Made by a program: the position numbers and the translations under genes. This document shows, piece by piece, positions 20,194 to 30,943 of a stretch of 64,000 nt of DNA. The stretch lies in contig OZ252244.1 of assembly GCA_965249575.1 (NCBI GenBank), positions 1,216,001 to 1,280,000 on the forward strand, written 5' to 3'. The notes beneath the pieces were generated by a model. That model worked only from the letters and a program-made list of their open reading frames with translations. It searched no databases and was not told the DNA's origin. Each line of letters starts with the position of its first letter. The stretch's first letter is position 1. The stretch is from Gemmatimonadales bacterium (GTDB taxonomy: Bacteria; Gemmatimonadota; Gemmatimonadetes; Gemmatimonadales; GWC2-71-9).

Positions 20194-22136
20194 TCACCGC
20201 CCCCCGAGCGGCACTCCGGCGACGCTCTCGGCGCCGTCGTCCTTGAGGTACTCGTCGAAGAAGGCCAGCATGTCGAGGAGGAGCTGACGCGTGTTCTCGC
20301 GCCCTCTGATGTAAAACGTCTCACCGTGATACGCCTTGTAGCGGAACACCTTGTAGTGCCGTTCCAGCTCATCGGCAAAATGCTTCATCTGGGGTGATTC
20401 CGGGAACCGCCCCTCTCCATGCACGATGAACGCCGGCGTCATGATGTTCTTCACAGCGAAGAACGGGGAGTTGCGGTGATATACGTCCTCGTTGTCGTCG
20501 AACGGTCCGAACTCGTAAGCAAGCTGCTGAATATGTTGGTACTCCCCATCGTCCATGAACCTGACGCGATTGGGATAGCCCGAAATAGGCACGGCCGCCT
20601 GAAACACGTCAGGCGACCAGGCGATGACGGCGGGTGTCAGAAAACCGCCGTAACTGGTTCCCTCGACGCCGAGCCGGTCGGGATCCACGAACGGAAGAGA
20701 TTTCAGGTATTCCGCACCGGCCACTACGTCTTTGCGGTCGCCGTGTCCCCAGTCTTTGTTGTTCAAGAGTTCGAATTCCCGACCGTACCCGGAGCTGCCG
20801 CGCACGTTGGGAAGGAGCATGACGTAGCCCTGCTGCGTGAAGAACTGTGCGTGCAACGAGTAGCTATCTGCGAAATGCGATGTCGGCCCCCCATGGATGA
20901 GCACGATCGCGGGGAAACGCTCGCCGGCTCGGACGTCGCTGGGTTTGTAGAGATAGGCGTTGATCATCCGCCCATCGAACGTCTCGTAGGTGACTTTTTC
21001 AGGTGTCGCGAGATCCCGCTCGAGGTTGCCTCCTGGCGCCGAGAACGTGAGTTGCCTCGGCGAGGCGCCATCGAGCGAGGCCACGTGCAAGTCGGGGGCC
21101 CGCGTGGGCGTTGCAAGGGTGTAGCTCAGGCGTTTGCTGTCAGGGGCCCAGTCGACGTTGGCCACCACACCCAGGTCGGGACGCACGATCACGCGCGGGT
21201 CGCCGCCGCCGGAGGCAACGACTCGGAGCTCGCGCGTGCCGTTGTGGCTCTCGACGTAAGCTATCCATCGTCCATCCGGGGACCACTGACCCTCGGCCTG
21301 TTCAGCCTGCGCGGGCGCGACTCGCCTTGGTTCACCCCCGGTTAGCGCAACGGCCCAGTAATTCAGCCACCCACTTCGCTGCGACCGGAATAGCACCGCC
21401 CGCCCATCCGGGGAGACCATCGGGTAACCGAACGCGGGCCCCTGGCGGTAGTCGAAGAAGTCCGTGTCGCTCAGCACCAACCGCCGGTTGGAGCCGTCGG
21501 CATCGATCTCGAACACGTCGTGGTCCATCCACCGCTCGTCCAGGCGCACATCCAACACCTTGCGGGCATCGGGCGTCCACGTCGGGAACACCTCGTACCG
21601 CTGATCGGTCGTCAACCGGCTCACCTCGCCGCCCGGTACCGCCACTTTCCAGATGTCGTACCCACCAAACCGTCCGCCGGCGAACGCGATCCACCGGTTG
21701 TCGGTGGACCAGCTCCAGGAGTTGATCCGTCCGCCGAGGCGCGTCAGCTGGATTTCCCTACCCTCGTCGACCGACCAGAGCCACAGCTCGGGCCAGCCCC
21801 CTCGGCTCGAGACGTGCGCGATCCAACGGCCGTCGGGAGACCAAGTAGGGGGCGCCGTGCGCCCCGCCCCAGCCCAAGTGGAGCGACCCGTCTGGGGAAT
21901 CCACCGCCCGAGGCAACAGCCCATAGCTCGCCACCCCCGAGACCACCTGGGAACAAGATCCGCGAGCCATCGGGCGACCACTGCGGCGCTCCGGCCAACA
22001 CGGACCGTACCGACGTTACGCGATCCACCCAAACGCCGGCCGGGAACCGGGCATCCTGCGCTTCCAGGGACGTAAGAGAGCCCAAGCCGGTGCCAACGAA
22101 CGCCGCCACGATCGTCGTGCGAACTGTTGTGCTCAC
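20194..22136 (-). CDS. S9 family peptidase with TolB/PD40 propeller; frameshift at ~21870 in this sequence
   Basis: WSPDG repeats, LIHGGP, NVRGSSGYG, GTSYGG nucleophile; the signal peptide lies in another frame. Confidence 0.85.
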
Positions 22137-22349
22137 CGTTTCAGCCCCTTCCAAGAAACGCTCAGTGATTCGCGCACGGCACCGCGCTGGCCTCCCGTGA
22201 TGGGGGCGGTACCGACGGCGCGCACATGTTGCCGGGAAACCAGGCGCCAGAGCACGCCGAAGCCCGCCACGTAATCGGCACGGAGAGGCAATTCAACAGG
22301 GGAAAGATACAGTACGGGACCCGGAGCGGTAACGCGCGGGACCCGGCCG

Positions 22350-22985
22350 TCAGAAGCCGAGTGCGATACCCGTGCGGACCAAGCTAGCCTGTATGGGTAC
22401 GTCGGTGCCGGCGACCTGTCGATCGAGGCGTTGGAATTCGTAGTCCATCTGGAACCGGAAACGCCCGTTGGCGGTGCCGACACCCACTCCGAGCCCGAAC
22501 TCGAACGCCAGATCCGCGTTCCCCCCCCCAACGAAGCGTGCGCCACCGAGATACGCGCCCCTGACCCAAATGCTTGCGATGCGTGCCAGTTGCGTTTCGG
22601 AGAACAGGCCAACGCGGGCGAGACCCACCGCCTGCGCCGCGAACTCGGGGTCGACGTATCGGCGCCCGCCACCGACCTCGATGGCGACCACCGGCGCGAC
22701 CTGGTACCTCAAGCGGACATCGACCTGGGTGAGGTCATAGGGTGTCGACGCGTCGCCCTTTGGATCGAGAGCGGCTCGATACGCACGGCCGTCGAGGTGA
22801 AACCGTCCGACGCGAACTTCCAGCCGCCCACCGGCGCCCGTACCCACGGCCTCCCGTCCCTCGCTCGCTTCGGTGTACGTCATGCCGACTACGTCTACCC
22901 CAACCCGCACATGCTGTGCTCGCAGAGAGGCTGGCGCCAGCCCCGCTACCAAGATGCCCGTGGCGACCAGCGCGGCGCGCGTTAT
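22350..22985 (-). CDS. Putative outer-membrane beta-barrel protein
   Basis: LRAQ signal site, amphipathic strands, C-terminal GIALGF; start may be ATA at 22985. Confidence 0.6.
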   Translation of the reverse strand: MTRAALVATGILVAGLAPASLRAQHVRVGVDVVGMTYTEASEGREAVGTGAGGRLEVRVGRFHLDGRAYRAALDPKGDASTPYDLTQVDVRLRYQVAPVVAIEVGGGRRYVDPEFAAQAVGLARVGLFSETQLARIASIWVRGAYLGGARFVGGGNADLAFEFGLGVGVGTANGRFRFQMDYEFQRLDRQVAGTDVPIQASLVRTGIALGF

Positions 22986-24019
22986 GGTGGTGTCTCCACG
23001 ACCGGCACAATGCTCAGCCGGATCTGCCGGCGGCGTGCAACGTTTTGGTCCGCGATCTGCGCGTTCCGCGCCGCCAACTGTTCCCTGAGTAACTGATTGT
23101 ACAGGATGCCCGACGGAACGGGCCGAGGATCGGGTTTCTTGAGGCTCATGACCAAACCGGTCAGTACCACCGCGAAGCTCACGGCGCCCACTTCCTCGCG
23201 CGAAGCAGATCCGAGCTGAGTGTTTTGGAGCGCCAGCGAGAGTCCGGACGCGAAGGCGGTGTAGAGCGTCGCGATGCCCAAGGGGCGCCAGTTCCGCGGT
23301 GGCCGCTCGACTTCGGGCAGCAGTCGGTAACCCGGCAGCTCGGTCATGTGCTGGGCCGTGTCGACACTGACGTGAGACACGTGAACGATCGCCTGGGTGG
23401 CGTAGCGCTCCCTTCCGGCGGCGGCTTCGATGATGAGCTGATAACGGCCTGGCGGGACCGGTTCACCCAATTCCGTGAGGCCGGACCAATCGATACGCCC
23501 CTCTCCCGCCACCGATTGTGAATCGACCTTCACTTCGGTGTCGGCGCCGACGGCCCGAGCCGTCACGCGCGAGGCGCGGGAGACCTGGAAACGCACCGGC
23601 AGGCTGCCTCGACCCGCCACAAACGAAGCCGAATCGACTCTGACGCGCCTCACCACGAGCACCTGGCCCAACGCGGATCCATAGAGTGAGCTGATGCGGG
23701 GAGACACCCGAACCGGATCGGGCTCGCGATCGGGATCGAGAAAGATGAGCTCCCGAAACGCTGCGACTCCCTGCCGCGTCGAATCCAGGGCACCATATGA
23801 AAAGCCCAGCAGTTCGTAGGCCCGTATTCGCTCGACCCGACCGAGGCGCTCATCGAGCGCGCGACGTGCCACCACGATTGCCCGGCCGTAGTCCAATTCC
23901 GCGTAGGCCTGCTCGGCCTGCCGAAGTGCCGCGCTTCCCTGCGCGAACAGTATCGTAGGCACCGCGAGCATCAGTGCCACGATCAACGTCCGGGTCCGTC
24001 CGGTCACGCCTGTCCGCAT
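22982..24019 (-). CDS. Secreted/membrane protein with N-terminal TPR-like helices and FlgD-Ig-like domain
   Basis: LFAQ signal site, AYELLGFSY..AFRELIFLDP, WSGLTELGEPVPPGRYQ, two C-terminal hydrophobic segments. Confidence 0.6.
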   Translation of the reverse strand: MRTGVTGRTRTLIVALMLAVPTILFAQGSAALRQAEQAYAELDYGRAIVVARRALDERLGRVERIRAYELLGFSYGALDSTRQGVAAFRELIFLDPDREPDPVRVSPRISSLYGSALGQVLVVRRVRVDSASFVAGRGSLPVRFQVSRASRVTARAVGADTEVKVDSQSVAGEGRIDWSGLTELGEPVPPGRYQLIIEAAAGRERYATQAIVHVSHVSVDTAQHMTELPGYRLLPEVERPPRNWRPLGIATLYTAFASGLSLALQNTQLGSASREEVGAVSFAVVLTGLVMSLKKPDPRPVPSGILYNQLLREQLAARNAQIADQNVARRRQIRLSIVPVVETPP

Positions 24020-24761
24020 ACCAAGATCTTCCTCATGAGTTCGTGATTCCCAGCGGTGATCATCACCGTTTCCTCCACAGTGCTGCACCCCTCCCGCACG
24101 ATACGCACAACGTGCTGGCCCGGTCTGAGGGCGCGCCGGGCGACGGGCGCTGCGTGACCGACTGGACCGCCTTCGAGATACCGAAGTCGGTCAGCATAGT
24201 TCGGCCGTCGTCATCGATCATCAGGTTGGCCGGTTTGAGATCCCGATGGACCACGCCCCGCTGGTGCGCGTGCCCTAATGCCCGCGCCGCCTCCCACAGG
24301 ACGCGCTGACACGTTTCAATCGGCACCGGTCCCTCATCGATGAGGTCCTCAAGCGACTGCCCGGTAACGTATTTCATCACGAAGTAGTTGAGCTCGCGGC
24401 CGCTCTCGACGGCGAAGATGGGCACGATGTTCGGATGGTCCAGCTTGGCAGCGGTGCGCGCCTCGCGTTCGAAGCGGCGCACGAAATTCTCGTCGTGCGA
24501 CAACTCCGGCGGCAACACTTTTATCGCGACCAACCGATCGAGCGGCAGGTCCGTAGCGAGGAACACCGCTCCCATACCGCCGCGCCCCAGCATTTCCCGC
24601 ACCTCGTAGCGATCCTCCAGAACCTGCGCCAGGAGGGCTCGCAGGTTGGGCCCCGTCCCCGACATGCGCGGTCCGGAGCCGGGATCCGAGACGTCGGCTC
24701 CGCAGGTGTTACAGAATCGACTGTCGGCCGGCAGCGGGGTGTTGCAGTGGAGGCAGTTCAT
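24004..24761 (-). pseudogene. Zn-ribbon Ser/Thr protein kinase, internally deleted after DFG and joined out of frame to a PEGA-like C-terminus
   Basis: CxxC..CxxC, LGRGGMGAV, VAIK, HRDLKPAN, DFG; then another frame reads LRPGQHVVRIVREGCSTVEETVMITAG...stop 24004. Confidence 0.8.
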
Positions 24762-26299
24762 CGGAGCCGACCGGCACGCAACCAGGTCTCGTCACGCGGT
24801 GGGCGCTCGCTCGTTCGGGGTCGACTCGGGCTTCGCCCCGTGTGTGACGGGACGACGATCCCTGCGGCGGGTGTCAGTTGATACGTCGTCGGAACACCGG
24901 CAAAGTCGACTACCACGAAGAAATAGTCGCCTGCCGCAAGCGTCGATGCGGCGTTCTCCGTGGCTCCCGGGTCCTTGCTTCCCCCCACCACCGGCAACGA
25001 ATCGGGGAGTTCATCACGGAGAATGTAGACGTCGAGATCGGCGGTCGTGTCCCCGGCCACGACCGTGAAGCCGAAGCCCTGGCCGTCCTGTGCGGCGGGA
25101 TCGGTAAACCGAAACCAATCCACGTCGTGCGGATTATCGATGTTGTACCCGCGGGTGCCCGCTGCGAACGAAATGGGTGTCGCCAGATCGCAGAAGTCAT
25201 TTTCCTCGGCAGCGTCCGGGGGCAGGGCCGATCGGTACTCAGGCAAGATGGCGAACTGATAGGCTCCCGGCTTGTCGTAGGCGGCGAGAACGTGATAGCT
25301 CCCCGCCGCGAGTCCTCTCAGCGCAACGACGACCGAGTCGGTTGCCAAAACCTCCGGCGCGAACGGGAATCCGCCGCACGTCTGCAGATCCGAACCGACC
25401 GTCCACGATACCGGGGCGAGCTGGAACTGCCCCTGAACTCCGTCGAACGCGAGTGAGTCGCTGATGAACACCTGGTAGCTCTCGCGATTCGTCGACGACG
25501 ACGAAAGGAAGATCGTCCGGTCGAGGGTGCCCGTGTTGTCAAAGCGGTACCAGTCGGTCCGCGCAATGCTGTCGAGGCGTCCCCTGGCCTCGAAGGCCAG
25601 AGACGGATTGAACATCCCACTCGGCAGGGCGCCGAGGTCTGCCGGCGCAATGTCATTCGGTTCATAGATATCCCGCTGGGCAACGAACGCGGAATCCGGA
25701 CTAATGGCCAATCCCTCGACACCGAGCAATCCGACCCGCGAATTGCGCGGTGCGGGTGGGGGCACCCACACAGTCAGACGCCCAAAGCGATCTGGCTGCG
25801 CGGGGTCGAGCGGCGTGTAGCCCCTGACGATCGCGGGCACTTCACCGAGAGTGACGAGAAAGAGCCCTGTGGGATTGAGGCCCGTCCCGAAGATCTGAAG
25901 GGTGTCTCCGAACCGTGTCAGCTGGGGCCGGATGCTGTCCACTTCGAGCAGGTCGTGGACCCGGGCCGACTGGATCGCCGCTTGGGCGTCGGCGAAATCC
26001 ACGGCGCTTGCGGTGACCGCCGCAACACCCACACCCGTCGCCAGCAGCACTCCGTCAGCGGAAACCGCCGCAACCAGCGGATTGCTCGACTCGAATCTGA
26101 CCTGTGCATTCGGAACCGTCGCGCCACCGGCATCAACCACCCGCCCGCTCAACTGCAGAAACTCACCCTGCAAAAACTCCGGAAACGCGTCGATCTGAAC
26201 GCGAAGCTCGCTCCCGCGTTCCGTCGGGAGGACGCACGCACTAGCGAGTAGCGCTGCGAAGACAGCCCGGCTGCGCCGGGTCTCGGAATGCCAGGTCAT
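24758..26299 (-). CDS. Lipoprotein with Ig-like and PPC-like domains
   Basis: Lipobox LASAC, FESSNPLVAAVSADG (Big-like), YEPND, DVDWFRF, DLDVY. Confidence 0.65.
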   Translation of the reverse strand: MTWHSETRRSRAVFAALLASACVLPTERGSELRVQIDAFPEFLQGEFLQLSGRVVDAGGATVPNAQVRFESSNPLVAAVSADGVLLATGVGVAAVTASAVDFADAQAAIQSARVHDLLEVDSIRPQLTRFGDTLQIFGTGLNPTGLFLVTLGEVPAIVRGYTPLDPAQPDRFGRLTVWVPPPAPRNSRVGLLGVEGLAISPDSAFVAQRDIYEPNDIAPADLGALPSGMFNPSLAFEARGRLDSIARTDWYRFDNTGTLDRTIFLSSSSTNRESYQVFISDSLAFDGVQGQFQLAPVSWTVGSDLQTCGGFPFAPEVLATDSVVVALRGLAAGSYHVLAAYDKPGAYQFAILPEYRSALPPDAAEENDFCDLATPISFAAGTRGYNIDNPHDVDWFRFTDPAAQDGQGFGFTVVAGDTTADLDVYILRDELPDSLPVVGGSKDPGATENAASTLAAGDYFFVVVDFAGVPTTYQLTPAAGIVVPSHTGRSPSRPRTSERPPRDETWLRAGRLR

Positions 26300-26475
26300 G
26301 CTCGGGGCCAACCGGTACGATGGGTGGTTCGCGGTGCGGAAGTCAAGCATGCAGTGTGACCCACATCACAAAGCCGGGCCGGCGCGTAACGAAAAGCGGA
26401 ATCCCAACTTACAGGGTCGGGCCAAGCCCGATAACGGGGGCCGCCCGAGCCGACCCGTTCGCCTTCCGCCCGTCC

Positions 26476-27876
26476 TCAGCTCACCCTGCCGGGACCCGAA
26501 GCTCCCGCGGGCCCGCGCTCCCAGTCCTGCGCGCTGGACACGTTCGGCATGCCCCACTGGTGCCCTGTCCAACCGTCGAAGCCGTCCAGCCGAAAGGTCC
26601 AGAACCCGGTAGTGATGTCGCTCATTGCGATCAGTCCGTCGGCGTTCCGTACGTCGACACCAAACGCCCCGTTGTAGACACCCCTGGTGGCATCGGGATC
26701 GTCGAAGGGGGGCCAAAACGTCGTGGGTGGAACGGATAGCTTCCCATCCGGCCCCTCCCACGTGTCGTAGTATGCTACGCTGTGCGGGCTCGTTGGATCC
26801 ATGACATTCACGACATGCAGCCCGTCCTGATAAGCACTCACGAAGACGTAGGGCCAACGCACTTCGGTGTTGTGGGGCAGATTCTTCCAGGAGTGTGTCC
26901 ACGCGCCAATGGGTCGGGAGATGGTCCTCACCGAGCCGGACCGCTGTCCGGAACCCAGATCGAAGAAATAGAGCGGCGCGTACTGGTGCTCGGTCTCGCC
27001 CACGCCGTAGCGGCCGTCAGGACTCGGCGTAAAGGTGTGTCCCCGAGTCACGCCGGGCACGCCCGAGATCACGGTGAGGAGTTGGGGGTCCTCCGGCGCG
27101 GTTACATCGTAGATGTAGTACCCCTCTCCCCGAGCCCCGTAGAACCTGTCACTCCGCGAAGCCGGATCGTAGCCAACGTAAAAATCGTGATATCCACCTT
27201 GGACCGCCGAGGCGTCCGCGGCGGGAACCGGCATGTGACCGATAAGCCCTAGCTGAGGATCGCCAGCAAGCAGACGCTGCATGTCGTACACGTTGGCGAA
27301 CGATCCGGTAACGAGTGGGCGGCTGCCCGTAGTGGCGTAGAGGAGAACGCGGCCGCTCGAGTGCTTATAGGCGAACACGTCATGGAACCCTCCGGGAACG
27401 TCGGGTGCGCGTATGCGTGCCACCTCCGCAATCGTGGCCGTGTCAGGCAACCCGGTCACGTCGAAAACGATTGCACCCAGGTCGGCGTCCGGTCCACCCA
27501 GCCGAAACTGAAACGACTGCACGTCGTAGTATCGGCCTCCCAACTTGAAATACTTATTGTCCATGCCGCCCGGGCCTTCATGGAGCTCCGGATCTTCGGT
27601 GCGCCACTCGTACGAGACGCGAACGTTCCTCGGGTCCCGCAGATCGACGATCGTGAATCCAGCGGAGTAGGTGCTTCCGTGCATGCGCGAAACGTACGCA
27701 TAGGGCCGAGCGAGCTCCTGCTCGATCTCCAGATCCGCGACGGTGAACATCCGCCCGATCGGAAGGTGAGAGAGGACGTGGAGGTTCTGGCTGCTCTGCT
27801 GGCCCGGCGGGTATTGCGCGCTTATTGGCGCCGCCAGCGTCATACAGGCGAGGACGCTTGAAGCGATTCGATTCAT
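26476..27876 (-). CDS. His-motif beta-propeller paralog 7 (subfamily A variant)
   Basis: ISAQYPPG; FHDVF, YHDFY, GHTFTP, PHNTEVRW; tail. Confidence 0.85.
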   Translation of the reverse strand: MNRIASSVLACMTLAAPISAQYPPGQQSSQNLHVLSHLPIGRMFTVADLEIEQELARPYAYVSRMHGSTYSAGFTIVDLRDPRNVRVSYEWRTEDPELHEGPGGMDNKYFKLGGRYYDVQSFQFRLGGPDADLGAIVFDVTGLPDTATIAEVARIRAPDVPGGFHDVFAYKHSSGRVLLYATTGSRPLVTGSFANVYDMQRLLAGDPQLGLIGHMPVPAADASAVQGGYHDFYVGYDPASRSDRFYGARGEGYYIYDVTAPEDPQLLTVISGVPGVTRGHTFTPSPDGRYGVGETEHQYAPLYFFDLGSGQRSGSVRTISRPIGAWTHSWKNLPHNTEVRWPYVFVSAYQDGLHVVNVMDPTSPHSVAYYDTWEGPDGKLSVPPTTFWPPFDDPDATRGVYNGAFGVDVRNADGLIAMSDITTGFWTFRLDGFDGWTGHQWGMPNVSSAQDWERGPAGASGPGRVS

Positions 27877-27919
27877 CGTCGCACCGCCTCACGCCGTTTC
27901 GAGGGACCGCGCTTCGGGG

Positions 27920-28912
27920 CTAGTCCCACATCTGGGCGCTCGAGATGTCCGGGAGGTTCCAGTCGGAGCCATTCCACCCGTTGAAGCCGTTCAGCCGGAA
28001 CACCCAGAACCCGGTCCCGCTGTCACTGACGACGATGAGACCGTCCGCATTCCGAACGTCCAGCTCGAAAGCCCCGCTGAATACCGACGTGCCCGGCTGT
28101 ACGAGCTGCCCAGACGATCCCGTCTGGTGAAGACACCGGCATGTGTGGTGCCAACCGACCGTCGTCGGAGTCGTCGGATTGCTGACGTCGATGATCTGCA
28201 GGCCATCCTCGTAGGCCGCGAGGAAAACGTACGGCCAGCGGACTTCATGGTTGTGTGAGAGATCCTGCCAGTCCGCCGTCCATGACCCAATGGGCCGCCG
28301 AATCGTGGCGACTTCTCCACGGAGGCCTGGCTCCACGTCGAAGATCATCGTGGGAGAGAACTGATACTCCATCTGGGTGACGACATACCGATGATCCGGA
28401 GAGGGGATGATCGTGTGACCGCCATTGACGCCGGCGATGCCGGTAATCGAAGTGAGGAGCCTCGGCTCCGAAGGACGGCTGAAGTCGAACACATAGAAGC
28501 CGCCTGCGCCCGCACCGTATAGTCGATCCTGTCCCGACGCGGGGTCGTAGGCGACGAAGATGTCATGGTACCCGCGGGGTTGCCTGAGAGGCGTGTCAGG
28601 GACGGGGAGGCGAGCGATCAGGCCGTGGTCCGGAGCCCCGGCGAGGAACTGCTCCATGTCGTACACGCTTGCATGTGGTGGGGTGCCCGCCGGGAACCGG
28701 GCATTCGTTCCGAACAGCAGGACCCGCCCGTCCGAGTGCTTGTACGCGAACACCGAGACGAAACCGCCCAACGGATAGGGGGTACGGATGCTCCCGACCT
28801 CCCGGACGGCGTCCGGATCGGGCAGTCCCGTTACGTCGAAGACGACGGCGCTGACGTCTCCCTGCACCTGGTCCCGTGCGAAAGAGAATCCCCTCGCGTA
28901 GTAGTAGCGCGC
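27920..28912 (-). pseudogene. His-motif beta-propeller paralog 8, 5'-truncated and divergent
   Basis: Homology begins at RYYYARGFSF (~28910); no signal peptide; first His motif is FVSVF; tail ends SSAQMWD. Confidence 0.75.
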
Positions 28913-29212
28913 TGGGCTCGTCCGGTGAGTCGCGACTCGCCAGGCGTCGTCGTGAAGACCCGGTTCCGACTACTCCGATGATCAAATGTGGGTTTCGGGA
29001 AGGGGGCAAGCAAGGAAACCACACCACCCACCCTCGGGGGAGGGGCGGTGCCCCATCTACCAGGGTTCTTGACGGTCTCCTCACCTGACCGTAGCGTCTA
29101 CCGGAGGCGGGGCTGCGGCAGTGCCGAACGCCACCTGTCAGGCCTGCGTGGACAAAAAAGGTGCTACCTTAGCACTGAAGGGCCCGAGCCTCGGCGAACC
29201 CCGGAGGTGACA

Positions 29213-29536
29213 ATGCCCGGCAGCATACTCACGATCTTCACGCCCCTCAGCGTCAACTCCGTGTTGTTTGGAGTTTACGATTTCATCCTCCCGATCATGC
29301 TCTACTGCGCGTTGTCCGCGTTGGTTTTTCTCGATCTCGCGCAGTCGGAAGATCGCGGGGCCGGTCGGATCGTCGGATGGACGGCAGCCGTCCTGCTGCT
29401 GCCGGTTATCGGTAGCGTGGCATATCTGGCGTTCGCGGGGGGAACCCTGCCCCGGGCTAGACGGCTCACCGTGCTCATCACGAGCCTGATCGTGCTGGGT
29501 GCGGCGTACGGCTATACATTCGTGCGAGTCTCCTAA
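29213..29536 (+). CDS. Small membrane protein, PLDc N-terminal-like
   Basis: GGAGG RBS; VFLDL..WTAAVLLLPVIGSVAYL. Confidence 0.7.
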   Translation: MPGSILTIFTPLSVNSVLFGVYDFILPIMLYCALSALVFLDLAQSEDRGAGRIVGWTAAVLLLPVIGSVAYLAFAGGTLPRARRLTVLITSLIVLGAAYGYTFVRVS

Positions 29537-29574
29537 CGAGTCGTACGGACCTTTGACGGATAGGAGTCTATTCA

Positions 29575-29898
29575 ATGGGTGAGACCGCGACGTTTCCGTT
29601 ACCGACGAGCTTTCAGATCCTCGTGAGCATGTACGGGTATTTCCTGCCCTTCATGCTGTACGCCGCGTGGTCCACGCTGGCCTTCTGGGACATCGGTCGC
29701 CGCGATGACCTGAGTGGCGGCGGCGCCATCGCTTGGATTCTCGTGGTGCTGCTCGTTCCATTCTTCGGAGCCATGGCGTACCACATCGTGGGCGGGGCCT
29801 CCTTCTCGCGAAGCCTGCGAGCTGCGATGGTTGGCGGAGGGCTGGGTTTTTACGTGCTCGTGCTGCTTGCCGGGAATATGTTCGGAGGACTTTCGTAG
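29575..29898 (+). CDS. Small membrane protein, PLDc N-terminal-like (paralog of 29213)
   Basis: AFWDI..WILVVLLVPFFGAMAY. Confidence 0.75.
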   Translation: MGETATFPLPTSFQILVSMYGYFLPFMLYAAWSTLAFWDIGRRDDLSGGGAIAWILVVLLVPFFGAMAYHIVGGASFSRSLRAAMVGGGLGFYVLVLLAGNMFGGLS

Positions 29899-29899
29899 C

Positions 29900-30943
29900 G
29901 TGGGTGTCAACCGGCGCGACCTGCTGAGAATCCTCGGCTTCGGCGGTGGCGCCGGGCTGTTGGGTGGCGGCCTCGGATTCTTCGGCAAGCCCGCCCGTGC
30001 CGGCCAAGGGCCTGATCCCGATCCGCTGACCGATCCAGCGGATGCGTTGGACCCTCAGGACGCGCGCAGGGTGTTCGGCCCCGGTGGAACATCCGGCAGA
30101 TACGGCCGGATGAGCGATCCGCCACCGCACCTCGGACCACGCGCCCTCGACCAGCATGTCATACCACCGCCCTACGCCCCGCCGAAGCCCGGTGTCGTCC
30201 GGGAACTCGATATGACGGTCATCGAGACCCGCCTGCAAGTGGGCCTCGAAGCTGCGGTGGACGTTTGGGCCTACAATGGAACCGTGCCAGGACCTGTTGT
30301 CCGCGCGACGGAAGGTGAGGAAATCGCGGTCACGCTGCACAATCCAACTCCCCAGCCGCACACGATTCACTTTCACGGGGCGTACGATGTGACCCAGGAC
30401 GGCTGGTCACCGGTGCCCCCACGCGAACGGCGCACCTACCACATCGCGGCCGCCTGTCAGGGACTGCACCCGTACCATTGCCACACGCCGCCGTATGCCC
30501 GGCATTTCTCCAGGGGAATGTACGGGGTGATGATCGTCGATCCGCCGGGCGGCAGGCGACGCGCGCACGAATTCGTTCTGGCGCTCTGCGGCTGGGACCT
30601 GGACGGCGACGGGCAAAACGAGCTTTACGCGTGGAACGGCATTGCGGGTTTTTTCGGCCGCCATCCGATCAAGGTACCGGTGGGAGAGCTCGTCCGGCTG
30701 TACGTCGTGAACCTCGTCGAGTACGATCCGGTCGCCTCGTTTCACCTACATGCCCACACCTTCGATGTATATCGGAGTGGCACGTCGTCGTCACCCCAAG
30801 AGCACACGGACGTTGTCACGTTGGGTCAAACCGAAAGGGCCATTCTTGAGTTCCGGCTTCCCCGCCGGGGCCGGTACATGTTTCATCCCCATCAGATACA
30901 CATGGCCGAGCGCGGCGCCATGGGCTGGATCGTCGCCGTTTAA
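29900..30943 (+). CDS. Tat-exported two-domain multicopper oxidase (type C pattern)
   Basis: NRRDLL Tat motif; HTIHFHG and YHCH..H..GMYG in domain 1; FHLHAH and FHPHQ (no Cys) in domain 2. Confidence 0.88.
   Translation: MGVNRRDLLRILGFGGGAGLLGGGLGFFGKPARAGQGPDPDPLTDPADALDPQDARRVFGPGGTSGRYGRMSDPPPHLGPRALDQHVIPPPYAPPKPGVVRELDMTVIETRLQVGLEAAVDVWAYNGTVPGPVVRATEGEEIAVTLHNPTPQPHTIHFHGAYDVTQDGWSPVPPRERRTYHIAAACQGLHPYHCHTPPYARHFSRGMYGVMIVDPPGGRRRAHEFVLALCGWDLDGDGQNELYAWNGIAGFFGRHPIKVPVGELVRLYVVNLVEYDPVASFHLHAHTFDVYRSGTSSSPQEHTDVVTLGQTERAILEFRLPRRGRYMFHPHQIHMAERGAMGWIVAV

Noticed and set aside
29900..30943. Copper nitrite reductase nirK
   Set aside because: HxH, HCH and HPH motifs fit a trinuclear-site two-domain multicopper oxidase.
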